Assembly (NCBI GenBank): GCA_963736855.1
Contig: CAVTQK010000021.1
Location: 640,001 to 704,000 of the forward strand
DNA: 64,000 bases
DNA from: an uncultured delta proteobacterium
GTDB lineage: Bacteria; Desulfobacterota; Desulfobacteria; Desulfobacterales; UBA2156
Direction of reading: 5' to 3'
Shown piece after piece: positions 42,333 to 54,900 of the stretch; position 1 is the first letter of the stretch, and each line of letters opens with the position of its first letter. The notes under the pieces are model-generated. The model had not been told where the DNA came from and ran no database searches. It saw only the letters and a program-made list of their open reading frames with translations. The translations under genes and the position numbers were made by a program.

Positions 42333-42553
42333 ACTCATAGTATACAATGTGTATTATTATTAAATAGTTACATGAATCTGTCGGCTTTAACAAACGGAAC
42401 TTTGTTCGAATTGCATACAAAGGAGCCGAAATTGCAACTTTTTCTGTGCAGTGGGTTGGAATATCCTTTAAAGCGCTTTTGCCATGGTACGCATTTGCAG
42501 GATGTATTTCAGAGGTAATGTGCCTTCAACGAAATCCACTCCATCCGGAGCCA

Positions 42554-43114
42554 TCACCGCTGAAGGCGCTGAAAGAAAAAAAAGGCCAGAAGGACCATGC
42601 CGTGGCGAATTTCCTTTTTTTCGATGAGATCTTCTATTTCTGAAAGCGGCACCCTGACAATCTCCATATCTTCCCCGGCATCCCACTTTTCAGTTCGGAC
42701 ACGCCGGACCCCCCGTGCAAGGTAAAAAATCCCCTTGTTGTCGAGGATTGCCGGTTGCGGAAAGGTGTCCCCCATTTCAATGAAGGTCGCCGCGTCGTAT
42801 CCGGTCTCTTCCAAGAGCTCGCGGCGGGCGGCAGTCTCCGGAGACGGATCTTCGGCATCCACAATCCCTCCCGGCAGCTCCAGGAAGATGGATTCCTGGC
42901 CGTGCCGATATTGGCGCACCATGACGACTTCATTCTCCTGGGTCAAGGGAAGAACCATGACCCAGTCGGCACATCGAATCGCATGAACATTCAAAATCTT
43001 CCCGGTCCTTGGCGAACGAGCTTTCTTTTCCTCCACATCAAATATTCGTCCATTATAGACCGTATTCCTCTGAAGGATCTCCCAGTCTTGCAAAATTTTA
43101 TTTTCACCCGTCAT
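42554..43114 (-). CDS. NUDIX hydrolase (ADP-ribose/ADP-sugar pyrophosphatase-like)
   Basis: VRQYRHG, ELPGG..AARRELLEETG Nudix box. Confidence 0.92.
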   Translation of the reverse strand: MTGENKILQDWEILQRNTVYNGRIFDVEEKKARSPRTGKILNVHAIRCADWVMVLPLTQENEVVMVRQYRHGQESIFLELPGGIVDAEDPSPETAARRELLEETGYDAATFIEMGDTFPQPAILDNKGIFYLARGVRRVRTEKWDAGEDMEIVRVPLSEIEDLIEKKEIRHGMVLLAFFFFQRLQR

Positions 43115-44193
43115 TCGGACCTGCTTTCGACTCCCCGGTGCAAATCTTCCGCTTTTTCTTCTCGAGATTTCTGACCGATATCAGTTCCGCCATTATGCTT
43201 ACCGAGATCTCCTCCGGTGTTTGAGCGCCAATCTCCAGGCCGATGGGACAATGCACCCGGGCAAGTATATCATCGCTCACCCCTTCCTGCCTCAGGGACG
43301 TATAAATTGTGTCACGCTTACGGCGGCTTCCGATCATACCGATATATTTCGGATTTGTCCTTAGCGCCTCCCGAAGAACCGTCCGATCATGGATATGACC
43401 ATGGGTGACGATCACGATATAAGAATCCGGTGTGACGGTGATTTTATCGAATGCTTCCGAGAACGCATCCACCCGAATCTCATCGGCTGTCGGAAAGCGT
43501 TCAGCGTTGGCAAAGTCCTTCCGGTCATCGATCACCACCACCCGAAATCCCACCTGTGCTGCCAGGGAACATACGAATAAAGAAACGTGGCCGGCCCCGA
43601 AAAGAAACAGCACTTCCTGGGGTGACACAGGTTCAACGAAAAGGTTGCCGGCTTCGGTTTCAACGAGTCGTGAAGAATCCACCGAGAGGAATGCTTTCAC
43701 CCTGGATATATCCAGACCTTCGATTGCGCCGAAAATCGATTGATCTTCCTGAACCAAAATCCGGCATGCAGGGTCATGGGCCGGGATACCCTCATCGAGT
43801 CGTGTAATGATCACACCACGCCGTCCCTCCATTGCCATCCGGCCAAGCTCTGAAAAGATTTCCCGCGTTTTGATATTCTCTCCTGAAACAGGCTCCAGGT
43901 AAATATCCACCACACCCCCGCAAAGCATTTCCATCTCCGGCGCTATCTTTTCCGTAAAGGGCAAGTTTCATGATCACAGAACGCTGATTCCTCATGACCT
44001 CCCTTGCCCTTTCCATGACCAGGTGCTCCATCCGGCCTCCCCCGATGGTCCCCAGGATGGATCCATCCTCCAGGATGAGGCACCGTGTTCCCGTGCTTCG
44101 GGGTGTGGATCCCTTTTGTCTTATAATCCTGGCGATGACAAGGCGTTGACCGGATTCCAAAATCCGGCTGACTTCGGAAAAAATGCCCTTCAT
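43104..44193 (-). CDS. xdhC: XdhC/CoxI molybdoenzyme maturation factor; frameshift near 43950
   Basis: GSTPR, GTIGGG, LCGG, FGAGHV, VIDDR, YIGMIGSRRK, PIGL..TPEEI. Confidence 0.88.
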
Positions 44194-44209
44194 CGATTTA
44201 CCCTGTTTG

Positions 44210-44986
44210 TTAGATATCGTGGCATTCATGAATTTCAGGATCAGGCAAAAGTCTCCCGATAATGGCGCGGCGCAACAAGGAGCATTTCATTTCTCTTAGC
44301 AAAGCAACGACCTCCCGACCGTTCGAGACCACTTTCGACGTATCGGCTTTGTTGAGAAAAGCCACCGCGGCCGCTTCTTTCGGGCATCCTTTCAGGATCC
44401 CTTCCGGATGCGCCAAAACCTTTGCCAGTGATGCAGCCGAAATCGGTTTTTCCATGGAAAGGCCGGTGATTGATGCAAAGCGTTCAGGCCTGAATACGTT
44501 GGACTCATTGAGGGGTTTGCCGATGACATCTATGCCCAAAATTCCGATAACCCATCCGGAGCTTTCGGGGATCACCGGTTCATGGGGAGCCGGTGCTTTT
44601 ACGGGACGTTGGGCTGCACCGTCCGCCTCCACGACGATCCATTGAAACGCTCCGGAAGCAGCTATGGAATCGATGAACGAAGGCTGAAAACCGACCAGCT
44701 TCCCTTGTGAGGAAATTTCTCTTGCAGCGGCAAAGAGAATCCTCGGGTAAGCCTTTGTGCATCGGGCGCTATTCAAAATGTCTTTGATATCAGAAGAAAT
44801 AATGATCCGACGAGCATCATCGGCTCCGGGTATGCGGACCTTTGTGGTCGTGGTGGCCAATACCGAAGCGCCGGAAGCTTCGAGTTCTTTGGCAAGGCAA
44901 AACATCAGGGTTGTCTTTCCTCCGGCTCCGACCAGGCTGATCACACCACCGCCGGAAATAGCCATTGCATGGGTAAGGTCCCCCAT
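44210..44986 (-). CDS. yqeC: Selenium-dependent hydroxylase accessory protein YqeC
   Basis: VGAGGKTT, TTTTK, VEADGA..PVKAP..HEPVIP, FLNK. Confidence 0.9.
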   Translation of the reverse strand: MGDLTHAMAISGGGVISLVGAGGKTTLMFCLAKELEASGASVLATTTTKVRIPGADDARRIIISSDIKDILNSARCTKAYPRILFAAAREISSQGKLVGFQPSFIDSIAASGAFQWIVVEADGAAQRPVKAPAPHEPVIPESSGWVIGILGIDVIGKPLNESNVFRPERFASITGLSMEKPISAASLAKVLAHPEGILKGCPKEAAAVAFLNKADTSKVVSNGREVVALLREMKCSLLRRAIIGRLLPDPEIHECHDI

Positions 44987-45801
44987 CAGCTTTCTCTTCC
45001 CGTGTTGTAGGCCCGGCAAACAACCTCCAGAACTGATCCCGCAACGGCCCTGGCCTTGTCGGAGAGTGTAAAGCAATATTCTACGCAACCCCTTGGATCG
45101 ATATCGCCCAGTTTGAGTCCCTTTGTTACTACCGCACCCGGACGAAGCAGTCCCCGGATTACGCCGTCAATGGATGCTCGGATGATTTCCCCGCCGACCT
45201 CGGCCACCGCTTCCCCCTTTTGAACCCGGTCACCGATAGCGCGTTCTGTTCGAAAAGTCCCTTCGATAGGAGCCCTCAGCACTCTTTCTTTTGTAAACCC
45301 GCCGATGTTTCCCGGAACACCGGTATTCTCCGAAGCGCGCCCTTTTGTGAAAATCCTCCCCAGATCATGCCCCCTCTGGGTCTCGATGACGAAATGAACA
45401 TCGACCCCTGCAATAAACCCCGGGCCCAGCCCGATGGCCAATGGGGCATCCTGAATACCCGTCCCGAGGTTTTTTTTCGCCAAAATCGCATCAACAATCC
45501 CGTGGGGTCTTAAACAGGTCACACTTTCCCAAGAAGGATCAACAATAACGGGGATCCTGTCGGATGCCCACGTCCTGTAAATATCCGCTGCGTTGTCGGC
45601 CAATACTCCTTCAATCCCTTCTACCGTGTGGCGTTTTTCGTAGACCGCTTCACAAAAGCAAACCCCTCTGCGTACTGCCAGGGGTTTTTCGATCTCCATC
45701 ATGAAGAGTTTCCGGATACGAGCTGAAAAAAGCCTCCAGGCCACTGCGCTGGCCATCTCCCCGGCCCCCTTGATCCCGATGACCAGATCCTCAAGTCCCA
45801 A
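44986..45801 (-). CDS. yqeB: Selenium-dependent molybdenum cofactor protein YqeB
   Basis: KGAGEMAS, PLAVRR, DAILAKKNLGT, GLGPGF, ETQRGHDLG, GDIDPR, SDKARAVAG. Confidence 0.92.
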   Translation of the reverse strand: MGLEDLVIGIKGAGEMASAVAWRLFSARIRKLFMMEIEKPLAVRRGVCFCEAVYEKRHTVEGIEGVLADNAADIYRTWASDRIPVIVDPSWESVTCLRPHGIVDAILAKKNLGTGIQDAPLAIGLGPGFIAGVDVHFVIETQRGHDLGRIFTKGRASENTGVPGNIGGFTKERVLRAPIEGTFRTERAIGDRVQKGEAVAEVGGEIIRASIDGVIRGLLRPGAVVTKGLKLGDIDPRGCVEYCFTLSDKARAVAGSVLEVVCRAYNTGRES

Positions 45802-45805
45802 TATT

Positions 45806-47810
45806 TTATCCTTCCTTCTGCAATACGATGGCCGTCCGGGAAGGAAGATAGAGGCTCAATACTTCACCGACTTGGCTGTCCATGGTGACATGCACCTCAT
45901 CCGGTTTCAGGCGTCCGTGTCCGCCGAAACAGGCGGCATCGCTGTCGAGTATCATTTTATATCTTCCGACTGGAGCATAAAATTTATAAGCATAATAGGA
46001 AGTTAAATGATGAAAATTAAAGCAGAACAATAAATTTTTACGCATGAAAATGATGATCTTTTCATGGTCATGTTCCTTAAGAAGCCGGATGGATTTCGCT
46101 CCAAAAAGACGCATCCTTTTAGCCAGTTGAACCATATCTCGATCGAATTTCCCAAGCTGATGGTATTTCAGACCCGGGTCGTCGGCCAGGCGCCATTGCC
46201 GCCTGGCAAAGCGAAACGACCAGGCGTTTCCTTCCCGAGGAAAATCGATCCACTCGGGATGCCCGAACTCATTTCCCATAAAATTGAGGTAACCGTCTCC
46301 TGCGGTCGCTAGTGTGATGAGCCGGATCATTTTATGCAGTGCCACCCCCCGGTCCACGGACAGGTGGTTGTCATCCACACGCATGTGTTCATAGATAGCC
46401 GAGCCGATGAGGCGAAAAAGGAGGGTCTGGTCTCCCACCAGGGCTTGATCGTGGGATTCGGCGTAGCTGATGGTTTTTTCTTCGGGCCTCCGGTTGTTCA
46501 ATTCATGCCAGAGGCGCCCCATGGGCCATGCTTCATCCGGGAAGTCCTTGGTAAGCCGGATCCACAGATCCGGAACCCCCATGGCAAATCGGAAATCGAA
46601 CCCATAGCCCCCTTCTTCAATGGGTGCAGCCAGGCCCGGCATCCCCGAGACATCCTCCGCAATGGTAATTGCCTGGGGCCGAACCTCATGGATCACCTTG
46701 TTGGCCAGGGCCAGATAGGTCAAGGCATCTTCATCCACCGAATCATTGAAGTAGTCCGCATAGGAAGTGAAGTCTTTTCGCCATACCGTGGTGCAGATAG
46801 AGCATGCTGGTGACCCCGTCGAATCGGAATCCGTCCACCCGGAACTCATCGAGCCAATACCGGCAATTGGAAAGGAGGAAATGGAGAACCTGGGGTTTGC
46901 CGTAGTCGAAACAACGGGACCCCCATGCCGGATGGACCCCATGGGGGCCCTGGTGAAAATATTGATATTCCGTTCCATCGAAACGGCTCAGCCCTTCCAC
47001 TTCATTGGGTGCCGCATGGGAATGAACAAGATCCATAAGCACCGCCAACCCCTCTCCGTGGGCCATATCGATGAGGTATTTCAAGTCCTCCGGGGTTCCA
47101 AACCGAGAAGAAGGGGCGAAAAAACTCGAAACCTGGTAACCGAATGAGGCATAATAAGGGTGCTCGGGAATAGCCATGAGCTGGATGGCATTGTAACCTG
47201 CCCTGACGATCCGCGGGATCACTCTCTCGGTAAACTCCACATAGGTCCCGATCCGCTCCTCCTCCTGAGCCATCCCCACATGGGCCTCGTATATCAAGAA
47301 CGGCTCGGACGGGGCTGAAAAATTAGGATGCCGCCATGAATATGGCGAATCGGGCCTCCAGACCTGGGCATTGAAGATCAATGTCACGGGGTCCTGAATC
47401 ACGCGGCGAACATAGGCTGGAATACGATCCCCGCTTCCACCGGGCCAGTGCATGCGAAGACGATAGAGGCTTCCATGATTCAGGAGATCAGCCGGCATCC
47501 GGATTTCCCAGTGGCCGTCCGGATGTATGCGATTTAAGGCAAACTCTTGCTTTTCAGACCAGCCGGTTAAATCCCCGATAAGATAGACCGCCTCGGCATG
47601 GGGCGCCCACTCCCTAAAAATCCACTCTCCTTTTCTGAAATGCAGCCCAAAATATTCATGCCCGGCGGCAAAATCGATCAGAAGCGATTTTTTCTGGGTG
47701 AGCTCGATTTCTTTCTGAAGGACGGCTTCGCTGCGCTTTCTTAAGTGTTCCTCGAAGGGCTTTAAGTAAGGATCTTTTTTCAGCAGCAGGGCGCTTTGAG
47801 GCTCTTTCAT
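45806..47810 (-). CDS. glgB: 1,4-alpha-glucan branching enzyme (GH13_8-like); frameshift near 46776
   Basis: FREWAP, IYEAHVG, SFGYQV, DLVHSH, GFRFDGVTSMLY, AEDVSG, AESHDQALVGD, FMGNEFGHPEWIDFPR. Confidence 0.92.
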
Positions 47811-49326
47811 TTACGCGTACGGGTTGATCAGGGGACGTTGGAGCATCTTTTCATAAAGTGCGATGTATTGACGTGCGCTTTCCGCATGGGTGAATGTCTC
47901 GGCACTCTCCTTCATGATCCTTTGCAATTGCTTTTTCTTTTGGCGTGTATCCATGACAAAGAAATTCATGGCCTGATCGATGGCCCAGAGCAATCCGTTG
48001 GCATCATAGGTTTCGAACAGAAAGCCGTTTCCGGTGCTCTGCTCCGGGTTCAGATGAACAAGTGTATCCCGAATCCCGCCGGTCTTGTGGGCTACGGGCA
48101 GAGAACCGTAGATGGGAGCGATCATCTGGGGAAGTCCGCAGGGTTCAAACAGGGACGGCATCAGGATGAAGTCCGAAGCCGCATAACCCAGATGTTCCAG
48201 GCGCTCGGAAAAATCACAGACCGAAACACGCCGCTCAAAGCCATGGAATGCTGTAATCCCTCTGAACACCTGCTGAAAGTCTCCGTTGGCCACAAAAAGG
48301 ATCTCCAGGTTCTTATCCCAGTATTTCGAGATCACATGGTAGAAAATGTCCGCCAGGAGTCGGCACCCTTTTTGAATGGGGTCCAGCCGGGAGGGCCAGA
48401 AAAACAGTGGGGCGTTTTCATCCTCGATGAGTCCCAGCATCTTCTGCAATGCCGTTTTGTTTTTCTTCTTTCCGGTGATGCAGTCTTTGGGAGTATAGGT
48501 TCTGACCAGGTAGGGATCGGCCTTGGAGTTGAAGGCCGGATCCGGCGCGTTTAAAATGCCTACTGCACAGCCGGCGTGATACTTGTGGGCCAACTCGGCA
48601 CGCAGAGCGTTGGATACAAACGCGTGTCTTCCCTCTACAATTTCCCTGAGAAAGGACGGGCTGACCACATTCACGAAATGGGCGGCAAATACACCGGTTG
48701 CGAGGAAGTCCACCCAGTTGTTTTCGCGCGCATTTTCATAGCTATGGGGCTGATGCTCGAAATACAGATGCTTCCAGAAATATGCCGCATCAATGCCGCG
48801 ATCCTCGATGTGCGCCAACGTGCTTTTGACCGTATGAACATTGTGGATGGTAAACAAGCAGGGAATCCCCATCTGTCGGGCCATGGGGGGGATTAGCCCG
48901 GTCATCCAGTCGTTGCAGTGAATCAGGTCGGGCTCCACTCGGGGAACAACGTTGTTGATGACCTCTCTTTGGAACGCCAGAGAGAGTTTAGTGTTTTCCT
49001 GGCCGTAATCGGAATAGACGTGGTCCAGGTAAAAAAAAGCCCGATCCTCTGCGAGATGAACACGGTCATCGGGCATGATCCTTCGAATCGCCCGTTGCTC
49101 CTCCTGTAAAAAAGGAGCCAGACGATCCTTGAACAGAGAACGATAATTCGGAAGTGCCACGTGGACATCGGCACCTTCTTGAGAAAAGCGCACTGATGAG
49201 GGCAGCCGACACATCGGCAAGCCCTCCCGCCTTGGCGGTCAAGCAGTTGGAAAGGTCTCCCATCCGATCGGGAAGATAAGTAACCTCCGGGGTGACGATG
49301 AGGACCCTGGGGTTTTTAGGAGTCAT
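47811..49326 (-). CDS. glgA: Glycogen/starch synthase (GT5); frameshift near 49185
   Basis: KAGGLADV, HCNDW, FTIHN, QKG, PSLFEPCGL, TGGIRDT. Confidence 0.9.
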
Positions 49327-49351
49327 CTGCAATTCCTATTCAGGCTATCGA

Positions 49352-51892
49352 CTACGCCCAACGGATGAGACCGGTCATGAATTTTTCGAGGTTATCCCCT
49401 TTTGGAAAAGCCCTTGCCGTAAAACCGAACCGCCCGGTTTCCTTACATTCCACGGAACATTGATAAAAATACACTCTGTTGTCTCGGTTTTCAACCACCT
49501 GCATGGGCTCTCCCATTCCACCGACCACCTGGTCGGTTGACTTGAGATTGCCATAATAAAGCTCCACGACCACCTCTTCCGGAGTCAGCTCTCCCAGGTT
49601 CACCTCGCATACCACCTGGAGTTTCTCACCGACTCTGAGAGGCATCCCGGATTTCTGTACCGGCGGTTTGATCTGGACTTGACCCCACAGGGCCTGGAGT
49701 CGGTTTCGCTGTTTGACCTTCTGGCGTGCTCTCTCGCATCCGTCCGCCGTCAAGCTCCGAGAGTTATCCATAGCCGGCAGGTAAAACTGTGACTCGTACT
49801 TGTTCACCATACGATGGGTGCAGAACTCTGAGACAGCCATCTTCATGGACTCCTTCATCATCCCGATCCATCGTTTGGGCGCTTCTCCGTTTTTTCGCTC
49901 ATAAAAACAGGGGATCACCTCATACTCCAGCAAATTGTAAAGGGCTCGGCTTTCCACCGAATCCTGATAAGTGAGATCCGCGTACTCCTCTCCGTGGCCG
50001 ATGACCCAGCCTCTTTCCGGCCTAAACCCCTCGTTCCACCAACCGTCCAATATACTGACGTTCAAAACCCCATTGGCTGCCGCTTTCATACCGGAGGTCC
50101 CACTGGCCTCCAAGGGACGACGGGGGTTATTGAGCCATACATCGGCACCCTGAGTGAGGTGTCTGGAGATATAAATGTCATAATCCTCAAGGAATACGAA
50201 GCGGTTCCGAACAGAGGGACGCTGTGCAAACTGAAACAGTTCCTTGATGAAATTTTTCCCCTCATCATCCTTGGGGTGAGCCTTTCCCGAAAAGATGAGC
50301 TGGACCGGATGTCGATCATTGTTTAACATTTTTTCCAGTCGATCCGGGTCTTTCAGAAGAAGGGTTGCCCTCTTATAGGCGGTGAAACGCCGGGCAAAGG
50401 CAATGGTTAGAATATCGGCGTCCAGAACCGACTCTGCTTGTTCCATGACGGCTCTGGGGGCGTTTCGGCGCGTGTGCTGGTAGATTAAGCGGTTTCTACA
50501 AAAGCGTACCAGACGGCTGCGGCTCAATTCCCGAGACCGCCAGAGTTCGTCGTCATATATGCCGTCGATACGGTGATACCGGTCGCTGTTCCAGGTTTTC
50601 AGGTACCATTCGGGACCCAGGTACCGATCAAAAAGCATGGCGTTTTCGATGGAAATCCATGAAGGAATGTGCACGCCGTTGGTGATGTGGGTAATGGGCA
50701 CTTCATCCACTATCCAGCCGGGCCAGACATGGGACCACATACGTCGCGCCGTACGTCCGTGGAGTTCGCTGACGCCGTTTTTATACATGGACATGCGAAG
50801 GCCCAAAACGAACATGGACATTTTACCCGAAGGTTCTGATTGGCCCCAGGAAATGATTTGTTCTGCCTTAACCCCCAGGGACTCTTCCATGGGGATCATG
50901 TAAGGCTTCACTTCTTCAACCGGGAATTCGTCATGGCCGGCGGCTACCGGCGTGTGGGTGGTAAATACCGCTGTCCTGGCACCGATTTCCATGGCGGTAG
51001 CAAGATCCACGCCTCGCTGCGTCATGATTTGGCGCAGATGCTCGATGCCGGCAAACGCGGCATGCCCTTCGTTCATATGGACCAGGGTGGGAATGATACC
51101 CATGGCTTCCAGCGCCCTAAGGCCTCCGAAACCCAACAGCACCTCCTGGGCCAGCCGGATAGTTGAATGACTTGCATACAACCTGGCGGTGATCTTCCGG
51201 ATTTCCGGTGAATTTTCCGGAACATCCGTATCCAACAAAATCAAAGAGATGCGGCCGATCTGAATATGCCATACGGCCGCAATAATCTTGCACTTCGCCC
51301 CGACCACAGAGATTCGGATTTCTTCCCCGTCTTTTCCCCGAACCCTTTCGATGGGCAGATGTGAAAGCTCAATGGCCGGATACTCTTCCTGTTGCCATCC
51401 TCCCTGGTCGAGAAACTGTCTGAAATACCCTTCCTGGTAAAGCAATCCCACACCGATGAGCGGAACCTTAAGGTCCGAAGCAGCCTTCAAGTGATCCCCG
51501 GCCAGTACCCCAAGACCCCCTGCAAAAAGCGGCATGCTTTCATGGATTCCGAATTCCATCGACAGATAGGCGATGGTTTCTCCCTTATGATAGGGTTCAC
51601 GATGGTTCTGCAGAATCGAATCGACCTCTTTGTTGAACTGATCTTTCACCCGATCCATATGGGCCATGAATGCATCGTCTTCGGCCAGTTCGTTCCAACG
51701 GGCCTGGGATATCAGGGAAAAAAAGGCGATCGGATTTCGATTCGACTTTCCCCAGAGTCCCTGGTCGATGCGACGGAAGAGTTCGATGGCATCCAGATGC
51801 CAGCACCACCACAGGTTTCGGGAAAGTGTCTCCAGAAAAGCCAGCGGTTCCGGCATGGCGGGAAAGACTTGAAACATTTGAAATCGGTTCAC
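49352..51892 (-). CDS. glgP: Alpha-glucan phosphorylase (GT35)
   Basis: GGLGVLAGD, HMNEGH, TNGVH, ARRFTAYKR, EASGTSGMK. Confidence 0.96.
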   Translation of the reverse strand: MNRFQMFQVFPAMPEPLAFLETLSRNLWWCWHLDAIELFRRIDQGLWGKSNRNPIAFFSLISQARWNELAEDDAFMAHMDRVKDQFNKEVDSILQNHREPYHKGETIAYLSMEFGIHESMPLFAGGLGVLAGDHLKAASDLKVPLIGVGLLYQEGYFRQFLDQGGWQQEEYPAIELSHLPIERVRGKDGEEIRISVVGAKCKIIAAVWHIQIGRISLILLDTDVPENSPEIRKITARLYASHSTIRLAQEVLLGFGGLRALEAMGIIPTLVHMNEGHAAFAGIEHLRQIMTQRGVDLATAMEIGARTAVFTTHTPVAAGHDEFPVEEVKPYMIPMEESLGVKAEQIISWGQSEPSGKMSMFVLGLRMSMYKNGVSELHGRTARRMWSHVWPGWIVDEVPITHITNGVHIPSWISIENAMLFDRYLGPEWYLKTWNSDRYHRIDGIYDDELWRSRELSRSRLVRFCRNRLIYQHTRRNAPRAVMEQAESVLDADILTIAFARRFTAYKRATLLLKDPDRLEKMLNNDRHPVQLIFSGKAHPKDDEGKNFIKELFQFAQRPSVRNRFVFLEDYDIYISRHLTQGADVWLNNPRRPLEASGTSGMKAAANGVLNVSILDGWWNEGFRPERGWVIGHGEEYADLTYQDSVESRALYNLLEYEVIPCFYERKNGEAPKRWIGMMKESMKMAVSEFCTHRMVNKYESQFYLPAMDNSRSLTADGCERARQKVKQRNRLQALWGQVQIKPPVQKSGMPLRVGEKLQVVCEVNLGELTPEEVVVELYYGNLKSTDQVVGGMGEPMQVVENRDNRVYFYQCSVECKETGRFGFTARAFPKGDNLEKFMTGLIRWA

Positions 51893-51989
51893 GGTGAGAT
51901 TTCCATCCTCCTGCTCAAAATTTTAAATTTATAATTTATCAGGTCTGCTTCGGATAAACAACCTTAAAAAAGGAGAAATCTAGCATGGA

Positions 51990-54900
51990 TTAAACCTCAT
52001 TGAGTTTTACCCAGACGCGAACCCATTCGCTGATCCCCCATGCCTGCGCATCGCATCCGCGCTGGGCATGGGGGAAATCGCCGTCAACAATCTCCGGCAT
52101 ATGCCCGACACATCCCCGGTTCAACAGGCGCATGACACTTGAAAGCCAGGCTGCGGCAGCGGCTTTTCCCGTCTCTTGATAGACCATGGCATACGCTTCG
52201 CAAAAGGATGGAAACTGCCAGGTCCATCCTGTGCCGTTGTGATAGGCTGGCTTTCGCCGGGTGTCTTCATCCCCCTCGTATCGCCCCTGATAGGGCCGAT
52301 GGGGATCGTTGAGCAGTCGGCCCTGATAAACAACGCTAAGGGGCCTTTCCAGTGTTCGATCCGCCAAGCTCCGGATAGCACCCGGCACCAGGAGCTCCCG
52401 ACAGGCGTTCAGGGTCCCGACAGCAGTTTTTAGGTCTTGAACCAAGCCCAGGGTAATCGAAAAAAGCTGGTTGGGTCGAAGTGCATCGTCCTGTTCGGCG
52501 TGGTTAGCCCCTTTCCCCGGTTTCCCGTGAAGGCAATCGGATAGATATCCCTTTTCCTGGAGCGCAAATAACCGGTGAACGGAGGTGCGTACTTGCCGAG
52601 CCAAGTCCTTAAAGCGCTTTTTCTCTTTTGAAGGAGCGATTTGAAAAAGAAAGGCCAGGGCGGCATACCATAGCGCCTGGATCTCAATGGGATACCCTTG
52701 TCTCGGGGTCCCGGCCGGGTAATTGGTATCCATCCAGGTAAAATGAGCCGGGCTGAAAATCAACCCGGTTTCATCATCCATCCGGATTCCGTTTGGCGTG
52801 CCCCGAATATAGGCCTTTGCAATGGAAAGTAAAATTTCTCTTACGGTTCTGTCCCCGCAGACCGTTTTCAGGAAACGAGAACTTTTTTCAGCCTGCATCA
52901 AATCCCTGCACGCCACGGCAAACCATAAGGGAGCATCCGACGTGTCCCGATTGGCCGGTCCTTGTTCACCGATCATGTTGGGCAGCGTCCCCTGGGACTC
53001 AAACCGGCCGAACTGATAGAGGATGGATCGTGCGGCATCGAGCATCCCAGCCGCAATGAGCCCACGGCTGAAAATCAGGGAATCACGTCCCCAGTCCAGA
53101 AACCACGGATATCCAGCAATCACCGTCTTTCCCTGGTCCCTCTCGACGATATAATGATCCATGATTCGGATCATTTGCCCCAACAGGCTTTTTTCTTTCA
53201 GATCCTGGCTGAGTTTCTCTTCTGTATTTTTGCGTAATATGTTCTCGCCACCCGAATCCGGCTTATTCTTTAAAGGTCCAGCCTCACCGATCAGCGTCAC
53301 CCCCTGCCCGCCTTTGAGCTTGGCGGTAAAGTAACCCGGACTGAACAGATCGGAATTCGGATCCTGCCCGCGCTGAGCCTCCTGGAATCGATGAACCATA
53401 TAGTGCCACTCCGGTTCGTGTACATAACGTCCGGAAAAAATTTTCATGGATAGAACATGGTGCCCGTCCGGCTGAAAAAGAAACCCTTCGGCTTGAGGCG
53501 TAACCGCCTGCGGCCAGTGGTGCTCAGGCCCCATAAAGGCCTTAATGACATCGTGGCAGGACCGGCTTTCGATGTCCGGCCTTAAAATGAGAGTCACCGG
53601 TTCGTCATCCGAAAGGCCGCCACCACCTTCCACGGATTGTTCCCTGATAATGACCATCCGGGTCTGGTTTTGACCGTCCAGCATGGAAAGTGCGATACGG
53701 ACCGTTACATGCTTCCCCAAACCGGTGGGGACTTTAAATCGCCAAACGCCCTTGAATGGGTCCTCCAATCGAAATGAATCCATGCAGGTGGCGCTGATTT
53801 CCTGCGAGTAGTCCTGGAACACGATCCACCCCCGACACCGAGACCATAGGATCCATCGGTCCGAAGGTCGCTTTGGATTAAGGTTTGCCGCCAGAAGCGC
53901 ATCGTATCGGCTGGTCAGCTTTCCCCATTCTACCGGAGCCCGCAGCATCCCACCGCAACCGTTCGTGGTCAAAAAATACGGGGGTGTGTTGAAGTCCAAA
54001 TCCTTCCGCCGGAGCGCTATTTTCAAGGATGCTGCCTCCGGTCGACTCAGGTATAGCAAAGGAGCTTCCATCCGTTTGGCACCTTCCGGCAAATAGACGG
54101 AAAGGTGTAGTATGTACGGCATATGATGCCGGGGTGCAGGCAAGGGTGTAAAAAGGGCGAACCGGCCTCCGCCCGGACCCGGAAGGCTGTCTTCTACCGC
54201 CACCACGCGCATCCCCCGTTTGATCAGTACTCGGAAATGGGCCGGTGCCCAGACCAGCAGAAAATGTCCCGGAGGAAGCATCACTTCCCGGTTAAGATCC
54301 TGGGGCCATCTCCAGGGAATGATCCGGGATTCGGTCTTTTGAGGGTTCAAGCTCCGACAAAACTCCTCGGGATCTTTACGAAACTCCGCAACGGCTGCAT
54401 CCACATTCATGTCACCCAGGTCCACATCCCCGTTAAAATGGTGCCACACATCAAGAACCTTTGCCCTCAGGCGTTGGAAAACGATGCGTTCCGGTTCCAG
54501 CAAGTTTTCTTTTCTCTCCGATTCAATGAGTGTGTGATCATCGAAATCATCGGAAAAACAAAGCACTTGACCCGGATCCAGGTCAAACTCGGCCCACTCC
54601 TCCCTGACCCGGATATGGACTTTTTTTCCGGTGAGCAAATCTAGAAGTGTGTCCCCTTTCATAGAGGCTTCGGCACGTTTCCACCGGGCGTAAGCGGATT
54701 TGTGATCGTCCAGGTTGGCCACAATCAAAAGCCTTTTATCTGTGGAGGGATGGAAGCGGCATATAACAAGGCAGTTTCCTTGACCTCCTTGAATCATCCT
54801 CAGTCGGACGTCGTCGAAAAACGCGGGGTGCTTTCTGAGAATGCATGAAAGCCTTGCGATTTCCGCCGTCTGATTGGGAGAACCGCCCCAGTTAAGGGAT

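Noticed and set aside
42485..42499. Plus-strand sigma54 motif TGGTACGCATTTGCA
   Set aside because: GG-GC spacing is one base short and no plus-strand gene follows.
43940..49190. Programmed ribosomal frameshifting in xdhC, glgB or glgA
   Set aside because: No shared slippery site with a stimulatory structure; indel errors across the window explain the breaks more simply.
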